From assembly GCA_951406725.2 (NCBI GenBank), contig OX597815.1, positions 16,306,001-16,370,000 on the forward strand: a stretch of 64,000 bases of DNA, in the 5' to 3' direction. The notes below the pieces were generated by a model. That model did not search any database and was not told the origin of the DNA. It saw only the letters and a list, made by a program, of their open reading frames with translations. Origin of the DNA: Octopus vulgaris (Eukaryota). This document shows, piece by piece, positions 1 through 12,067 of the stretch; within the stretch, counting starts at the first letter, position 1; the number at the start of each line of letters is the position of its first letter. Made by a program: the position numbers and the translations under genes.

Positions 1-230
1 TGTACCACAATGTCCTTTGTGTCCTGTTTTTTTTATTTTATTTCATTTGATACATAACTGTATATATTTATACACATGCATCTGTATCCTGGTTTATGTT
101 ATGTCCTTTATGTCCAGTAACATGGCAGTCAATAATATAAGTACCCGATTGAAATATGTAAAGAGATTGATACAACAAACTAAACCAGTGAAGAAGGTGC
201 AAGAACATATCCACAGTCTTAATGGCTTAA

Positions 231-792
231 CCCTTTAGTATTCAGATTATTCTACCAAATGTGATGCTTGTTTATTCACATTGCATTGAATTCATCATCA
301 TCATCATCATCGTTTAACGTCCGCTTTCCATGCTAGCATGGGTTGGACGGTTCAACTGGGGTCTGGCAAGCCCGAAGGCTGCACCAGGCCAGTCAGATCT
401 GGCAGTGTTTCTACAGCTGGATGCCCTTCCTAACGCCAACCACTCCGAGAGTGTAGTGGGTGATTTTATGTGCCACCGACACAGGTGCCAGACGAGGCTG
501 GCAGACGGCCACGCTCGGATGGTGTTTTTTATGTGCCACCGACACAGGTGCCAGACGAGGCTGGCAGACGGCCACGCTCGGATGGTGTTTTTTATGTGCC
601 ACCGACACAGGTGCCAGACGAGGCTGGCTGAATTAATCGTGCATTATCTCATAGCTGTGAGATTTCTGCGATGTGGCTCTTTACTTTGGGAATAATATTG
701 TAGGATAGGGTAAGAGGCTGGATCTGACTGGGTTTGAGCAAAAAGGAGGTAAAATATTTAGGCTAGATATGGCCGGTTTGAATACTAAAGGG
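231..792. mobile_element. piggyBac-type MITE (family A) interrupted by an RTE 3'-end repeat
   Basis: TTAA|CCCTTTAG ... CTAAAGGG|TTAA ends; insert at about 292-627. Confidence 0.75.
464..627. repeat. 63-bp tandem repeat (about 2.6 copies) inside the RTE 3'-UTR repeat
   Basis: TTTTATGTGCCACCGACACAGGTGCCAGACGAGGCTGGC... repeated with period 63. Confidence 0.9.
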
Positions 793-868
793 TTAAGCCA
801 GTAAAAGAATAGATATAAACAACAATTTAGTGATATATTGAAAAAGAAAAACAACAAAAAACAATTAC

Positions 869-1028
869 TTGCAGCTGGTTTTGTTGACTCCAGAAGTTGA
901 GCAGAAGTTGTATTGCCGACTCGCCTAACAGACACATCTGGTGTTGGTTATTTACAGCTGATTGTTGCACAAAAAGATTTGCTGACAACAATATGTATTC
1001 AAGCACTTTCATATTTGCCTTCTTATTG
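869..1028 (-). CDS. ATM: ATM coding exon 6 (NKKANMKVLEYILLSANLFVQQSAVNNQHQMCLLGESAIQLLLNFWSQQNQLQ)
   Basis: CAG acceptor, GTAATT donor, 160 nt, phase 2/0; C-x-LG-E/D motif as in ATM (VCELGDE). Confidence 0.8.
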
Positions 1029-1080
1029 CTGAAATATGAAAACAAGGGAGCTTTGTCTTTTACCAGTTTAGATATTCCAA

Positions 1081-1708
1081 TCATCATCATCATTTAACGT
1101 CCGTTTTCCATGCTAGCATGGGTTGGACGTTTCGACTGGGGTCTGGGAAGCCAGGAGGCTGCACCAGGCTCCAGTCTGATCGGGCAGTGTTTTTACAGCT
1201 GGATGCCCTTCCTAATGCCAACCACTCCGTGAGTGTAGTGGGTGCTTTTTATGTGCCAGGCGAGGCTGGCAACGGCCACGAGCAGTTGGTGCTTCTTACG
1301 TGCCACCGGCACGGAAGCCAGTCGAGGTGGTGCTGGCAATGGCCACTTTTGGATGGTGCTTTCTACGTGCCACCAGCACTGGTATCACAACTACAATTTC
1401 CATTGATTTTTTTGATTGATTTCGAATTCACTTGCCTCAACAGGTCTTCGCACGCAGAGTTTTGTGTCCAAAGAAGGAAAGGTATGCATAAGTGAACAGG
1501 CTACATCCCAGGTAAAGGCCACGAGTTATGGTCTCACTTGTCCTGCTGGGTCTTCTCACACACAGCATATTTCCAAAGGTCTTGGTCACTAGTCATTGCC
1601 TCAGTGAGACCTAATGTTCGAAGGTCATGCTTCACCACCTTGTCCCAGGTTTTCCTGGGTCTACCTCTTCCACAGGTTCCCTCAACCGCTAGGGTGTGGC
1701 ACTTTTCT
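1081..1708 (-). mobile_element. 5'-truncated RTE-clade LINE 3' end with (GAT)n tail; about 35 related copies occur across the window
   Basis: (CAT)n-(CG)TTTAACGTCCG...ATGCCCTTCCTAA on the plus strand, continuing into ORF2 C-terminal sequence (GRGRPRKTW). Confidence 0.8.
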
Positions 1709-2126
1709 AATATTTTAACATATAATAATCCAGCTCTTCAGGGCTGAGCTGGTCAGCTCCTGTCAAACCATTCAATCCATGCCTGCATGGAAAACAGATG
1801 TTAAATAATGATGATGAAGCAGCAGCATAATCCAATAATGGTTTAGAATGAAGAAACTGGACATATAAAATAATAGTTCTCTGTTTAAACCCAGCTTAAG
1901 GATATGTATTGGCTTCTGTGCCGGTGGCACGTAAAATTTAAAAGAATGGCAGAAGAGTAGTGAATGACAGGGAGTGTTGCTGGTGACGTGCAGAACATGG
2001 GACTGCAGATGATGATGGTGGTGGTGAAGCTGCAACTAGTGATGATGTTGATGCAATGCTGCTGCATATAAAGATAAAACAGCATTCTATCGTAATGATT
2101 AAAAATATAAGAAGAGAGCAAATATG

Positions 2127-2162
<36 letters not shown>

Positions 2163-2199
2163 AAAAGGAGTAAGAATTAAAAAGTGCAGATTGGTGTAC

Positions 2200-2365
2200 C
2201 TTGGTGTTTTGAAGAAATTCAAGTAAAATCGAAAAAGTTCATCTGTTGGTAGCTCAGTCTGTAAAGAGACAGCTTGCATTAAAGCATAGATAAGTTTTAT
2301 CACTAACGAATTATTCAGGGTGTTGCTGTCCGACTGGAATATATCACAGTAAGTGTAGAGAAGAT
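2200..2365 (-). CDS. ATM: ATM coding exon 5 (DLLYTYCDIFQSDSNTLNNSLVIKLIYALMQAVSLQTELPTDELFRFYLNFFKTP)
   Basis: CAG acceptor, GT donor, 166 nt, phase 1/2. Confidence 0.85.
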
Positions 2366-3590
2366 CTGAAAAAGAAGGATAAGACTTAATGAATGACTGT
2401 GTGGCTTTGAAATGTTGTGGCTTGGGCTTTGAATCTACTGTGTGATGTCTTGGACAATAATAATCCTTTCTCCTATAGGGACAAGGCCTGAAATTTGGGG
2501 GAAGGGAGATAGTGGATTACATCGACCTCAGTGTTTCACTCATCCTTAATTTATTGACCCTGAAAGGATTAAAGGCAAGGTCAACCTCGGCAGAATTTGA
2601 ACTCAGAACATGGTAGCAAGTGAAATACCACCTAAGCATTTTGCCCGGTGTGCTAATGATTCTGCCAGCTCACCACCTTATCTTGGACAATAATGATGAT
2701 GATGATGATAAATGATGGTGTGTGTGTGTGTGTGTGCAGGCTGTGTGCTAAAGAAATTCACTTCCCAGCCACATGGTTTCAAGTTCAGTTCCAGTGCATG
2801 GCATCTTTAGCAAGTGTCTTCTAGCCTAGCCCTGGGTCAATCAAAGCCTTGTGAGTGGATTTGGTAGACTAAAATTGAAAGAAGTCTCTCATATATATGT
2901 ATTTGTATGCTTGTGTCTCTTTGCCGTGACCTTCATGATAGTTGTAAATGACTATTGTTGTCATACAAACAGTATCATTCATTTCCAATACTCCCCAAAA
3001 ACATGTCTGGCCATAAGGAAATATTATAATGCTTGCAAACAGATGAGGGCTGATAACAGGAAGAGTATCCAGCTATAGAAAATCTACTTCAATAAGTTCC
3101 ATCTGACCCATGCAAGCATGGAAAAGCAGACATTAAAACAATGATGTATGTGTATTTATATAATTATATCATCATCATCATCATCGTTTAACATCTGTTT
3201 TCCATGCTAGCATGGGTTGGACAGTTTGACCGGGGTCTGGGAAGCCAGGAGGCTGTACCAGGCTCCAGTCTGATCTGGCAGTGTTTCTACAGCTGGATGC
3301 CCTTCCTAACGCCAACCACTCCGTAAGTGTAATGGGTCCTTTTTACGTGCCAGAGGAGGCTGGCAGCGGCCACGATCGGTTGGTGCTTTTTATGTGCCAC
3401 TGGCACAGAAGCAAGTCAAGGTGGCACTGGCATCAACCATGTACGGATGGTGCTTTTTACATGCCACCAGCACAGGTGCCAGGGGAGGCTGGCAACGGCC
3501 ACAATCATTTGGTGGTTTTTACATGCTACCGTCACGGAAGCCAGTCAAGGCGGCGCTGGCATCGGCCACATACAGATGGTGCTTTTTACG

Positions 3591-3631
<41 letters not shown>

Positions 3632-3776
3632 TATATGCACATGTGTGTAGTGAGTGTGTGTGTGTGTGTATGTGTAGTGTGTATGCGTGTGTGTGTATTC
3701 AGTTAATATCAACGTGGGCGTTTTGTCTATGTTAGAAACCAATACTAAAGAAAGAAGTACACCAGGTAAAACTTAC

Positions 3777-3950
3777 CAAGCCAAATACTTGGGGAAGCGT
3801 GGTTTATGTCATTGATGTATTTACGTATCGACAATATGTCCTTCAGTAGCAGACTACTGTAAATAAGACCAAATGATTCTCTCAAGAAGTCCTCTTTCAA
3901 TACATGGCTAATATGTTTCACAATTGTTTCACATTTCAATAAACAATCAC
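3777..3950 (-). CDS. ATM: ATM coding exon 4 (DCLLKCETIVKHISHVLKEDF...LLLKDILSIRKYINDINHASPSIWL)
   Basis: CAG acceptor, GTAAGT donor, 174 nt, phase 1/1; overlaps ORF 3745..3939. Confidence 0.9.
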
Positions 3951-4454
3951 CTGAAAAACAACAAATTCAGAACTTCAAGAAAAACAATTTAAAACCAATT
4001 TTAAAAAAAATTTGAATTCATTGAGAAATACACCTGAGAGTTTAGTTTCTGATTCACATGCATTCACCACCAGCTACAGTGACTGACGACTAATTTTACT
4101 CAATTCTGCTGGAGTTCATGTATAAGGTATGGGAGTAAACTAGTGTCTCTTGCCCACCAGCTGTTTCTAGAGCCAAGTTATATACAGTATTACAGAGTAT
4201 TTGATTATGTGGGGTAGATAGAATAGTAAGGAGATGTGAAATTTCTTAGATTTGATGACCAGATCTTATGCATATCATTACAGGCTGACCAGGCCATACC
4301 CTTTCTAGTAAGAAAATCTTTTTCAGATGATGATATGTATGACCCAAGATATTTGTAATCAGAAACCATATTTAAGAGCGTATTGTTGAGAGTATGGATG
4401 ATGAAATCACTGTTGGACAGGCACTTGCTTACATATTCAGTCTTGGACTCATTG

Positions 4455-4920
4455 AGTCAAATCTAAGTAAAAATTTCAAACTTAAAATCTTCAAAGCCAC
4501 AGTCGAACCAATTCTACTATATGGCTCAGAAATCTGGACGTTATCAAAGAAGCTGGAGAGGCGGTTGGATGGAACTTACACTTGCCTCCTTATGAGAGCT
4601 CAAAATCTCTCGTGGAAGCGTCATCCAACCAAAGTACAAATATATGGGAAATTACCACCTGTATCATCTCTTGTGAAAGGTAGAAGAGTCCACTTTGCTG
4701 GACATTGTTGTAGAGCTGAAAACGAGGTAATTTCTACTCTTCTCCTCTGGAAGCCATCTGCTCGCGATACCAGAGGGCGCACACTCTCCTACCCTGATGT
4801 AATCTCCAGGGATACAGGCATCCAGCAACAGGACCTCCGTAATGCTATAATGGACTGTGAAGTCTGGTGTAACATAGTAAATTCCATTGTCTCGACCACG
4901 GTTGAACAATGATGATGATG
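4455..4920 (+). mobile_element. RTE/RTE-X-like LINE 3' fragment
   Basis: LKIFKATVEPILLYGSEIWTL...FAGHC RT C-terminal motif; stop followed by a (GAT)n tail. Confidence 0.8.
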
Positions 4921-5165
4921 AAGGAGATGTGAGGTGCTGAGTGAAGTATAGTGTGGCAGTGAGGGCATATATGATGCAGAATACGACATGTCATTTTATA
5001 CAGAATAGCAAGCGGCAGTCACACTGTGTTCAGTGGGGTGAAACAATCCAGGCAAGACATATTTGCAGTCTAACCTGTTTAAGTATGTCCAAGAGGTTAA
5101 GGTGGGTGGGCCTTAAGGCGAAATCTCTTCTAGCATGGGTTGAATAGTTATCAAACTTTGTTTAA

Positions 5166-5386
5166 CCCTTTAGCATTTAAACTGGCCATATCCGGCCAAA
5201 AGTATTCTACTTGTTTTATGTTCAAACTAGCCATATCTGGTCTCTCACACCAACCCTACAACATCATCTTAAAAATTAACAACTACCTCATCAAAATCTA
5301 ATAGCTACAAGATAATACATGATTAGTTCAAAACAATGTGGATAAAAAAGGATTAGTTTTGGCAGAATAATCTGAACACTAAAGGG
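5166..5386. mobile_element. piggyBac-type MITE family A (221 bp)
   Basis: TTAA TSD, CCCTTTAG TIRs. Confidence 0.8.
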
Positions 5387-5767
5387 TTAATAATATTGTT
5401 TTCACAGTTAGACATTCATTATTTACACTTACCACATACCATGTGAAATATGACGTAGTTAGGGGTGGTAATTAACCATAATATAACAGAATACTGTTAA
5501 CAAGGCTTCATCTTAAGACATTAAATTCCAGAACATTTAAAATAGAATATCATCATCATCATCATCGTTTAGCGTCCGTTTTCCATGCTAGCATGGGTTG
5601 GACGGTTAAGAATACTTTATAATAATCAACAGATGAGTTGTGAAAAAAAAAAAAAAATGATTGGCATCACAGGAATCAGCTGTAAAAATCAGATGCTGCA
5701 TTCATTTGGACATGTGATGTATCAGAAGGTAACTGTTGAGTGAAGTAGTATCAACTGATCAAAGTGT

Positions 5768-6070
5768 GGAGGCACATGGCCTAGTGGTTAGAGCAGCAGA
5801 CTTGCGGTCGAGGGATTGCGGGTTCGAATCTCAGACCGGGTGATGTGTGTGTTAATGAGCGAAACACCTAAGCTTCATGTGGCTCCAGCAGAAGGTAATG
5901 GCGAAACTTCTGCTGACTCTTTCGCCACGACTTTCTCTCACTCTTTCCTCCTGCATCTTGCAGCTCACCTGTGATGGACCGGCGTCCCGTCCAGGTGGGG
6001 AACTTATATGCCAACGAAACCGGGAAACCAGCCCTTATGAGCCAGGCACGGCTCAATGAGGAACAAACAA
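5768..6070 (+). mobile_element. tRNA-derived SINE (tRNA-Arg-like head)
   Basis: A box TGGCCTAGTGG, B box GGTTCGAATC; a second copy lies at 53934-54241 (-). Confidence 0.8.
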
Positions 6071-6589
6071 CTGAACAAAGTGGAAGGAGCATACGGAAGA
6101 AAGAAGCAGTTAAGACTGATCTCAGAATATGAAGGAGATGATCAGATATCACAAGTGTGCTGGAGAAAACCTGTCCAGCCTCCTCTGCTTGTATTGAAAA
6201 GTGAACTTATGATGGTGGTGGTGGTGATGATAAACACAATGTTACAGGTAGCCACATTGCACTGTATCTACTGTCGTATACACAGCTCTTAAAATTTTAA
6301 CAGGTTCTATGAAGAAGTACACCTTAATGGTATAAGTGCTGGTAACACAATATAATTGATGAATTCTCAATGTCAATAAAGACAACCAGTAGACTCAAGT
6401 ATCTATCGAATTTCACATTCTTCCAAATACACCCAACTTTCATAAATTGGATATATTTGGAGGAAAAGCTACCCACCCAACCAAAATACCAATATAAAGT
6501 GATATAGTCTAACAAGAGATTTGTTTCTATATCAACATAGTTCACCACAATAAGCATCAGTAAAATCCCTTTAACATTTTATATATATA

Positions 6590-6780
6590 TAATGAAATTA
6601 TTGTATACAGTGCTCAGGTGCACCACAACTTGTCAAAAGTGCGTATAAAGAATATGCAGTAGTGTACAAATGCCTAGGAAGTGAACAGTGTATGAGTCAG
6701 ATACATGTTTGCGTGTGTATGGAGGGGAGAAAATCAGGTGTAGTGTTGGCGAATCTCAGGAAGCATGGAAGTTTTGAAGG
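6590..6780 (-). mobile_element. CR1-like LINE 3' end
   Basis: Nearly identical to 39610-39800; another copy at about 51130-51235 (+). Confidence 0.75.
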
Positions 6781-7062
6781 AAAAAAATTCTCAAGACAAC
6801 AAAATCTTCCAGAGACTAACAATAACACTAGTTTACCAGTGGAAAGTACTTCAAAGTGGTTATCCCTCATATAGAAAATTTCTGTTTCTACAATATGTTA
6901 TTTCAACCTCCAGTAATATTAATTTGACATGTCCACTTGTACTGATCTTAATGACATATACATGACAGCTATAACCACACCGCTGTCACCACCAGCACCA
7001 AAAACAATATGCTGCTGCCATTACCACTACCAGCAAGAACAACAATTATGAAAATAACTTAC

Positions 7063-7198
7063 GCTTATTAGCAGTATTGACGACAAATTTGAAGAGAGAA
7101 GCAGTATCTCGTTTCTTGTTTGAGGTCGCTTGACTAGATGCTGAGGCCTTTGATTTCCTGATAGAGTCACTTTCAATATAGACGTATTGTATGACATT
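7063..7198 (-). CDS. ATM: ATM coding exon 3 (NVIQYVYIESDSIRKSKASASSQATSNKKRDTASLFKFVVNTANK)
   Basis: TAG acceptor, GTAAGT donor, 136 nt, phase 0/1. Confidence 0.85.
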
Positions 7199-7286
7199 CT
7201 ATAAGAGAAAGAACATAGATGGATAAAACTGTAGAAACACTTAGGGACATGAAATAATGTTATACGCAATATATGCTATTACACAT

Positions 7287-7519
7287 TTATTCCTTTATTG
7301 CCCACAAGGGGCTAAACATAGAGAAGACAAACAAGGTTAGACAAACGGATTAAGTCGCTTACATCGGCACCAGTGTGTAACTGGTACTTAATTTATCGAT
7401 CCCAAAAGAATGAAAGGCAAAGTTGACCTTGGCGGAATTTGAACTCAGAACGTAACGGCAGACGAAATACCGCTAGGCAGTTTGCCCGGCCTGCTAATGA
7501 TTGTGCCAGTTCGCCGCCC
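7287..7519 (-). mobile_element. tRNA-derived SINE monomer with a Deu/Nin-like core
   Basis: Same family as the 17462-18712 array: B box GAGTTCAAATTCC and family core GCCTTTCATCCTTTCGGGGTCGATAAATTAAGTACC (slightly diverged here). Confidence 0.75.
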
Positions 7520-9006
7520 TTATGCTATGCTATTACACATTGCTATATCAAACCCTTCACCTCACATTGAAAGTCATCCTTCTAGAAATCCCTCCTTGTT
7601 CATATTTTTCCTGCAGTTAGTGATTCAAGAAAAACATTAAATTACATTGACCTCATCGGTCTCAGAAAGCCAGCAATGCATGGATGAAGGTAAGCATGTT
7701 GTACTATGATTGTGTTATAGTATTTGAATTACTGGATACATCATCATCATCGTTAAACATCCGCTTTCCATGCTAGCATGAGTTGGACGATTTGACTGAG
7801 GGCTGGCGAACCAGACTCCAATCTGATCTGGCAGAGTTTCTACAGCTGGATGCCCTTCCTAATGCCAACCACTCCGAGAGTGTAGTGGGTGCTTTTACGT
7901 GCCACCGGCACGAGGGCCAGTTTGGTGGTACTGGCAACGGCCATGCTCAAATGGTGCTTTTTATGTGCCACCTGCACAGGATCCAGTCCAGCGGCACTGG
8001 CAAGAACCTCGCTTGAATGTTTTTTCACATGCCACCAGCACAAGTGCTAGTAAGGCGACACAGGTAACGATAACGCTCGAATGGTGTTCTTAACAAGCCA
8101 TCGGCACTAAGACCAGCTTGTTGCTCTGGCAACGATCTCACTCGTATGGTACTCTTAGTGCTCCACTAGCAACGGATGCCAGTCACTGAGTTTGATTTCG
8201 ACTTTGATTTTACTTACCTCAACTGGTCTTCTCAAGCAAAAGTTCCTCAGCATAACAGTGGTTTCTTGATTGATTTCAAAGTACACATTTACAGTATGTT
8301 TGCCGAGACCATCAGCAAACATTATATAAATAACAGGCAAATATATTTGCCAAGAGTCACAGATGAAAGTAATCTAAAGCTTATAGATTTTAAAGAAATC
8401 AAACAACCAGCACTTATACTTGTTGTAGAAACCAAACATAGAGTATGTGTTTTTGTAACCACCAACAACCATCAGCAGAGTAATAATTTGCACTTTTGCT
8501 TGAAAGTGAGGTAAGTAAAAATAAGTGTATTGACCCTACAGCCAAAGTCTCAACATCACCGTTTTCTGCTTTCTTCCTCCCGAGACAAAGAAGAAGGACT
8601 AACATGTTTAGAGTCTTTGGTAAATGAACTTATTAAACTTGCCAATTAATTAAGTGTTTTCAACACAGACAATCACTAGGTTCCCTCAAGTCTCAGAGAT
8701 AACTATCTCATCTTCAACTGAGCCAATTTTCAACAAAGCCTCCACAGAATTATAATGAAGTACTAGAAGATAGCTACAGCAAAAAGTGGCTGTAAAAAAC
8801 AAAAGATAGGAGGACTTGGGTTAAAATGAAATTATGTTAAAATAGCATAATTGCTAAAAGATGTGTAATACAACACTTCATAAAAAAACATTTACTGAAA
8901 AAACTGTGAGGTATGATTCAACAGAATGACTCAACTGTTGTCAAACAAGAATAACTGTCTGAAGAAGTATGTTGGATCAAACATTATTCCATAATATATC
9001 ATTGAG

Positions 9007-9043
<37 letters not shown>

Positions 9044-9106
9044 TACTGCCCCATGTCTTTTTCAATGAGCTAAGAGTGAAACTGTAATAATAGGTGATAT
9101 ATATAC

Positions 9107-9199
9107 CTTCAGGATTTCATTCCAGTACTTTGGCTTACTATCCAGCTCTACAATCACAGCTGGTTTCCTCAGCAGTTCCCGCAGCTGAGCAACATTTTC
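9107..9199 (-). CDS. ATM: ATM coding exon 2 (ENVAQLRELLRKPAVIVELDSKPKYWNEILK)
   Basis: CAG acceptor, GT donor, 93 nt, phase 0/0; matches the TAN-domain W-x-x-I/V helix. Confidence 0.85.
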
Positions 9200-10415
9200 C
9201 TGATGGGTACAATTTGGAGAAATGAGTTTACGTTTGTTTTAAAATAAATAAATTTGTATCAATTATATATGGAAGAGGCTCACATATGTAAATATACTTG
9301 AATGACTTTGATCAGTTGAGATTATCTAGGTAATTAGTAGGCAAAAACTCTTTCTGGTAGTGGTATACTAGAAATCTAAAATCAAACAAGGGAGATAAAT
9401 CCAATAAAATCAGTTGACTGAAAAATATTTGGAAGCTACAGGCATATGGGAGTAGAACTGGTTCATCTTAATTCTGTATTGTCCAAAAACTGATCTTATT
9501 GAAGTTATTTTCCTTAAGTTTCCCTTCACTTCCCAAGAGAATTTTTGTTAACAAAAAATCTCAGTGGATCAAAACTTTCCAACTCATTATATAACATATA
9601 ATGAGTTCCTATCACATCATCATCATCGTTTAACATCCGCTTTCCATGCTAGCATGGGTTGGACGAATGACTGAGGGCTGGCAAACCAGATGGCTGCACC
9701 AGGCTTCAATCTTGATCTGGCAGAGTTTCTACAGCTGGATGCTCTTCCTAATGCCAACCACTCTGAGAGTGTAGTGGGGTAGTGGGTGTTTTTACGTGCC
9801 CACCGACACAGGGCCAGTCAGGTGGTACTGGCAATGATCTCGCTTGAATCTTCTACACATGCCACCGGCACAGGTGCCAGTAAGGCGATGCTGGTAATGA
9901 TCACATTCAAATGGTGTGTTTTACGTGCCACCGGCATGGAGGCCAGATAGCCACTCTGGTAATGATCACGCTCAGATGGTACTGTTAATACCCAACTAGC
10001 ACGGGGCTCGAGTGCCAGTAAGGCAACACTGGTAACGATCACACTCGAATGGTGCCTTTTAGGTGCCACTGGCACGGAAGCCAGTTGGCTGCTCTGTCAA
10101 TGATCACACTCATATGGTGCTCTTTGCACCCTGCTAGCACGGACGCCAGTCATCGAATTTGATTTTGATTTTTGATCTTTTTGTATTTAATATGCAGAAT
10201 GCTCTTCTAAGTATTTAACTTCAGACATATTGCTACATAATTTAATTTAATCTTATATTCTATGAGTTGATTGTGCATAACACTGTTGTTTCAATTAATA
10301 ACTCAGAGTTACCCTAACTGATAACATGTAGCAGTTTTGCAAAAGACAAGATAATATTTACGGAGATGTACTTGCATAGCGAGTGACTTGATCTGAGATC
10401 GTGTGCTGGAACGAA

Positions 10416-10692
10416 AACAATTGCAGCGTGGAAGGTATTTATAAGCCATTTAAGAAACACACAAAAACCATTAGATTCACTTCAACATTTAAATTTAATT
10501 TGTCAAAAATTTCATCGCTTTGAGACCGTGACCGGTTCAATGACAAATGAGATGCAGCACGGAATTTTGTCAGTGAACAGGTCGCGGTCTCAAAGCGACG
10601 AAAATATTTTGACAAATTAAACTTAAATGTTGAAGTGAATCTAATGGTTTTTGTGTGTTTCTTAAATGGCTTATAAATACGCTGCAATTGTT
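10416..10692. repeat. Fold-back inverted repeat (arms of about 130 bp), possibly derived from a Penelope-like element
   Basis: Left arm 10416-10548 is the reverse complement of 10564-10692; each arm has a hammerhead-like module. Confidence 0.85.
10566..10616 (+). ncRNA. Minimal type I hammerhead-like motif with a G3:C8 core variant
   Basis: Stem I TTTGTCA/TGACAAA, core GTGAACA(G), stem II GTCGC/GCGAC, then GAA and palindromic AATATT. Activity untested. Confidence 0.5.
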
Positions 10693-10830
10693 CAAGATAA
10701 TATTATTTAACAAATGTTGTTCAACATTGCATGACAGCATTTTAAAATGGAAGACTATCTAAGAGGATTTTATGCTTTCACCAATTTCTTCTGCACAAAA
10801 CTGGAGTGGTTAAAGTGCTGGATTTCTTAA

Positions 10831-11050
10831 CTCTTTAGTGTTCAGATTATTCTGTCAAATGTGATGTTTGTTTATTTAAAATGGTTTGAATTAATCATGC
10901 ATTATCTTGTAATTTAGAGATTTCAGTGATGTGATTTTTTAGTTTTAGAACGACATTGTAGGGCTGAGGTAAGAGGCGAGATCTGGTCAGTTTCAATATA
11001 AAACAGGTTAAATATTTTGGCCAGATATGGCCGGTTTGAATGCTAAAGGG
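10831..11050. mobile_element. piggyBac-type MITE family A
   Basis: TTAA flanks; CTCTTTAG/CTAAAGGG ends. Confidence 0.75.
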
Positions 11051-11294
11051 TTAAACTAGACAATAAATACATACAGAATGTCTGACCTCAAACAGAGCAG
11101 CTGAAACTAGAGATAATAACAAGTTCACTGTGTAGAAGTTGTTGTTTAGAAGTTGCTGTTCCTTGTAAAATAACTACTTTATCAAGAACAATGTCAGTCG
11201 TTCAACATATATTGGCATAAATGACAAATATAAAATAAAGAAAAATAAAAAAAGTAAACCATAATTAATGAGACTACTGTAATGTATGTCATAC

Positions 11295-11360
11295 CTTTCT
11301 CTCGGTGGCTTTAGAGGTTGTCAGGCCCTGGCTGATGGTGTATGCCTTCAATGTTGACAT
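11295..11360 (-). CDS. ATM: ATM coding exon 1 (MSTLKAYTISQGLTTSKATERK, TAN motif)
   Basis: ATG at 11360, 66 nt, donor GTATGA. An acceptor AG lies just upstream (11380-11381). LxxxKxxER TAN signature. Confidence 0.85.
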
Positions 11361-12067
11361 CTTTCCTTTAACAGCAAATCTAAAAGACTGAGAAAGCATT
11401 TTGTTAATCAAACTTCTCTGCTACATATCTTAAATGAACATGAAAGCATCTAATTGACAGGCATAGATCCCAGCTGAGGTGATTTCTAAGCTATGATGAA
11501 AAGAGGGCTTCTCACATTTTACAATGTTAAAGCTGGCTTTGTTACATACACCAAAAAACTAGGTGTTGTTAAACTGAGCAGTGTGGTAGGCCTTAATCTC
11601 CAAAGTAAAGGACCATCATCATCGTCTTTTAACATTAACCTACCATGCTAGCATGGTTTGGACTGTTTGATAGGATCTGACAAGTCTGAGGACTGCCAAC
11701 ATCCAATGTCTGCTTTGGCATGGGTTCTATGGCTGGATGCCCTTCTTAACACCAACCATTTTACAGAGTGTACTAAGTGCTTTTTTTGGTGATACCAGCA
11801 CTAGTGAGGTCACCATATAGCTTGCAAGACTAAGAACCTCATTAGTAGAGAGAGAGGTAACCTTATGCTTGATGATGAAAGGTTAGAGTATGAAGGAAGA
11901 CAAGAACAAGTTTCTTGTTATAGAAGAGATACATAGCTGCTCATCATTGCCATCTTTATTTCTCAGAAAGAGAAATAAAGATGGTGGTGATGAGATGTTG
12001 GGGGTGGGGCACAGGAAAGATAGAACAAGAAGAGAGGCTAGATTGAGATAGCATGAGGGTACAGAGC

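Larger units (their letters stand above)
869..11360 (-). other. ATM: ATM serine/threonine kinase gene, 5' part (6 coding exons, 265 aa; continues beyond the left edge)
   Basis: Exons 11360-11295, 9199-9107, 7198-7063, 3950-3777, 2365-2200 and 1028-869 join in frame with GT-AG introns. The product has the TAN motif LTTSKATERK and LLLKDILSIRKY, colinear with the ATM N-terminus as I recall it (RATERKKEV, ILLKDILSVRKY). Confidence 0.9.

Noticed and set aside
17-238. Further ATM exon or small gene at the left edge
   Set aside because: No convincing splice-bounded frame resembling the next ATM segment.
4394-4912. 172-aa ORF as a host gene
   Set aside because: It is the C-terminal end of a LINE ORF2 and ends in a (GAT)n tail.
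5768-5845. tRNA gene
   Set aside because: A/B boxes are present, but the sequence continues into a SINE body and recurs as diverged copies; no intact cloverleaf.
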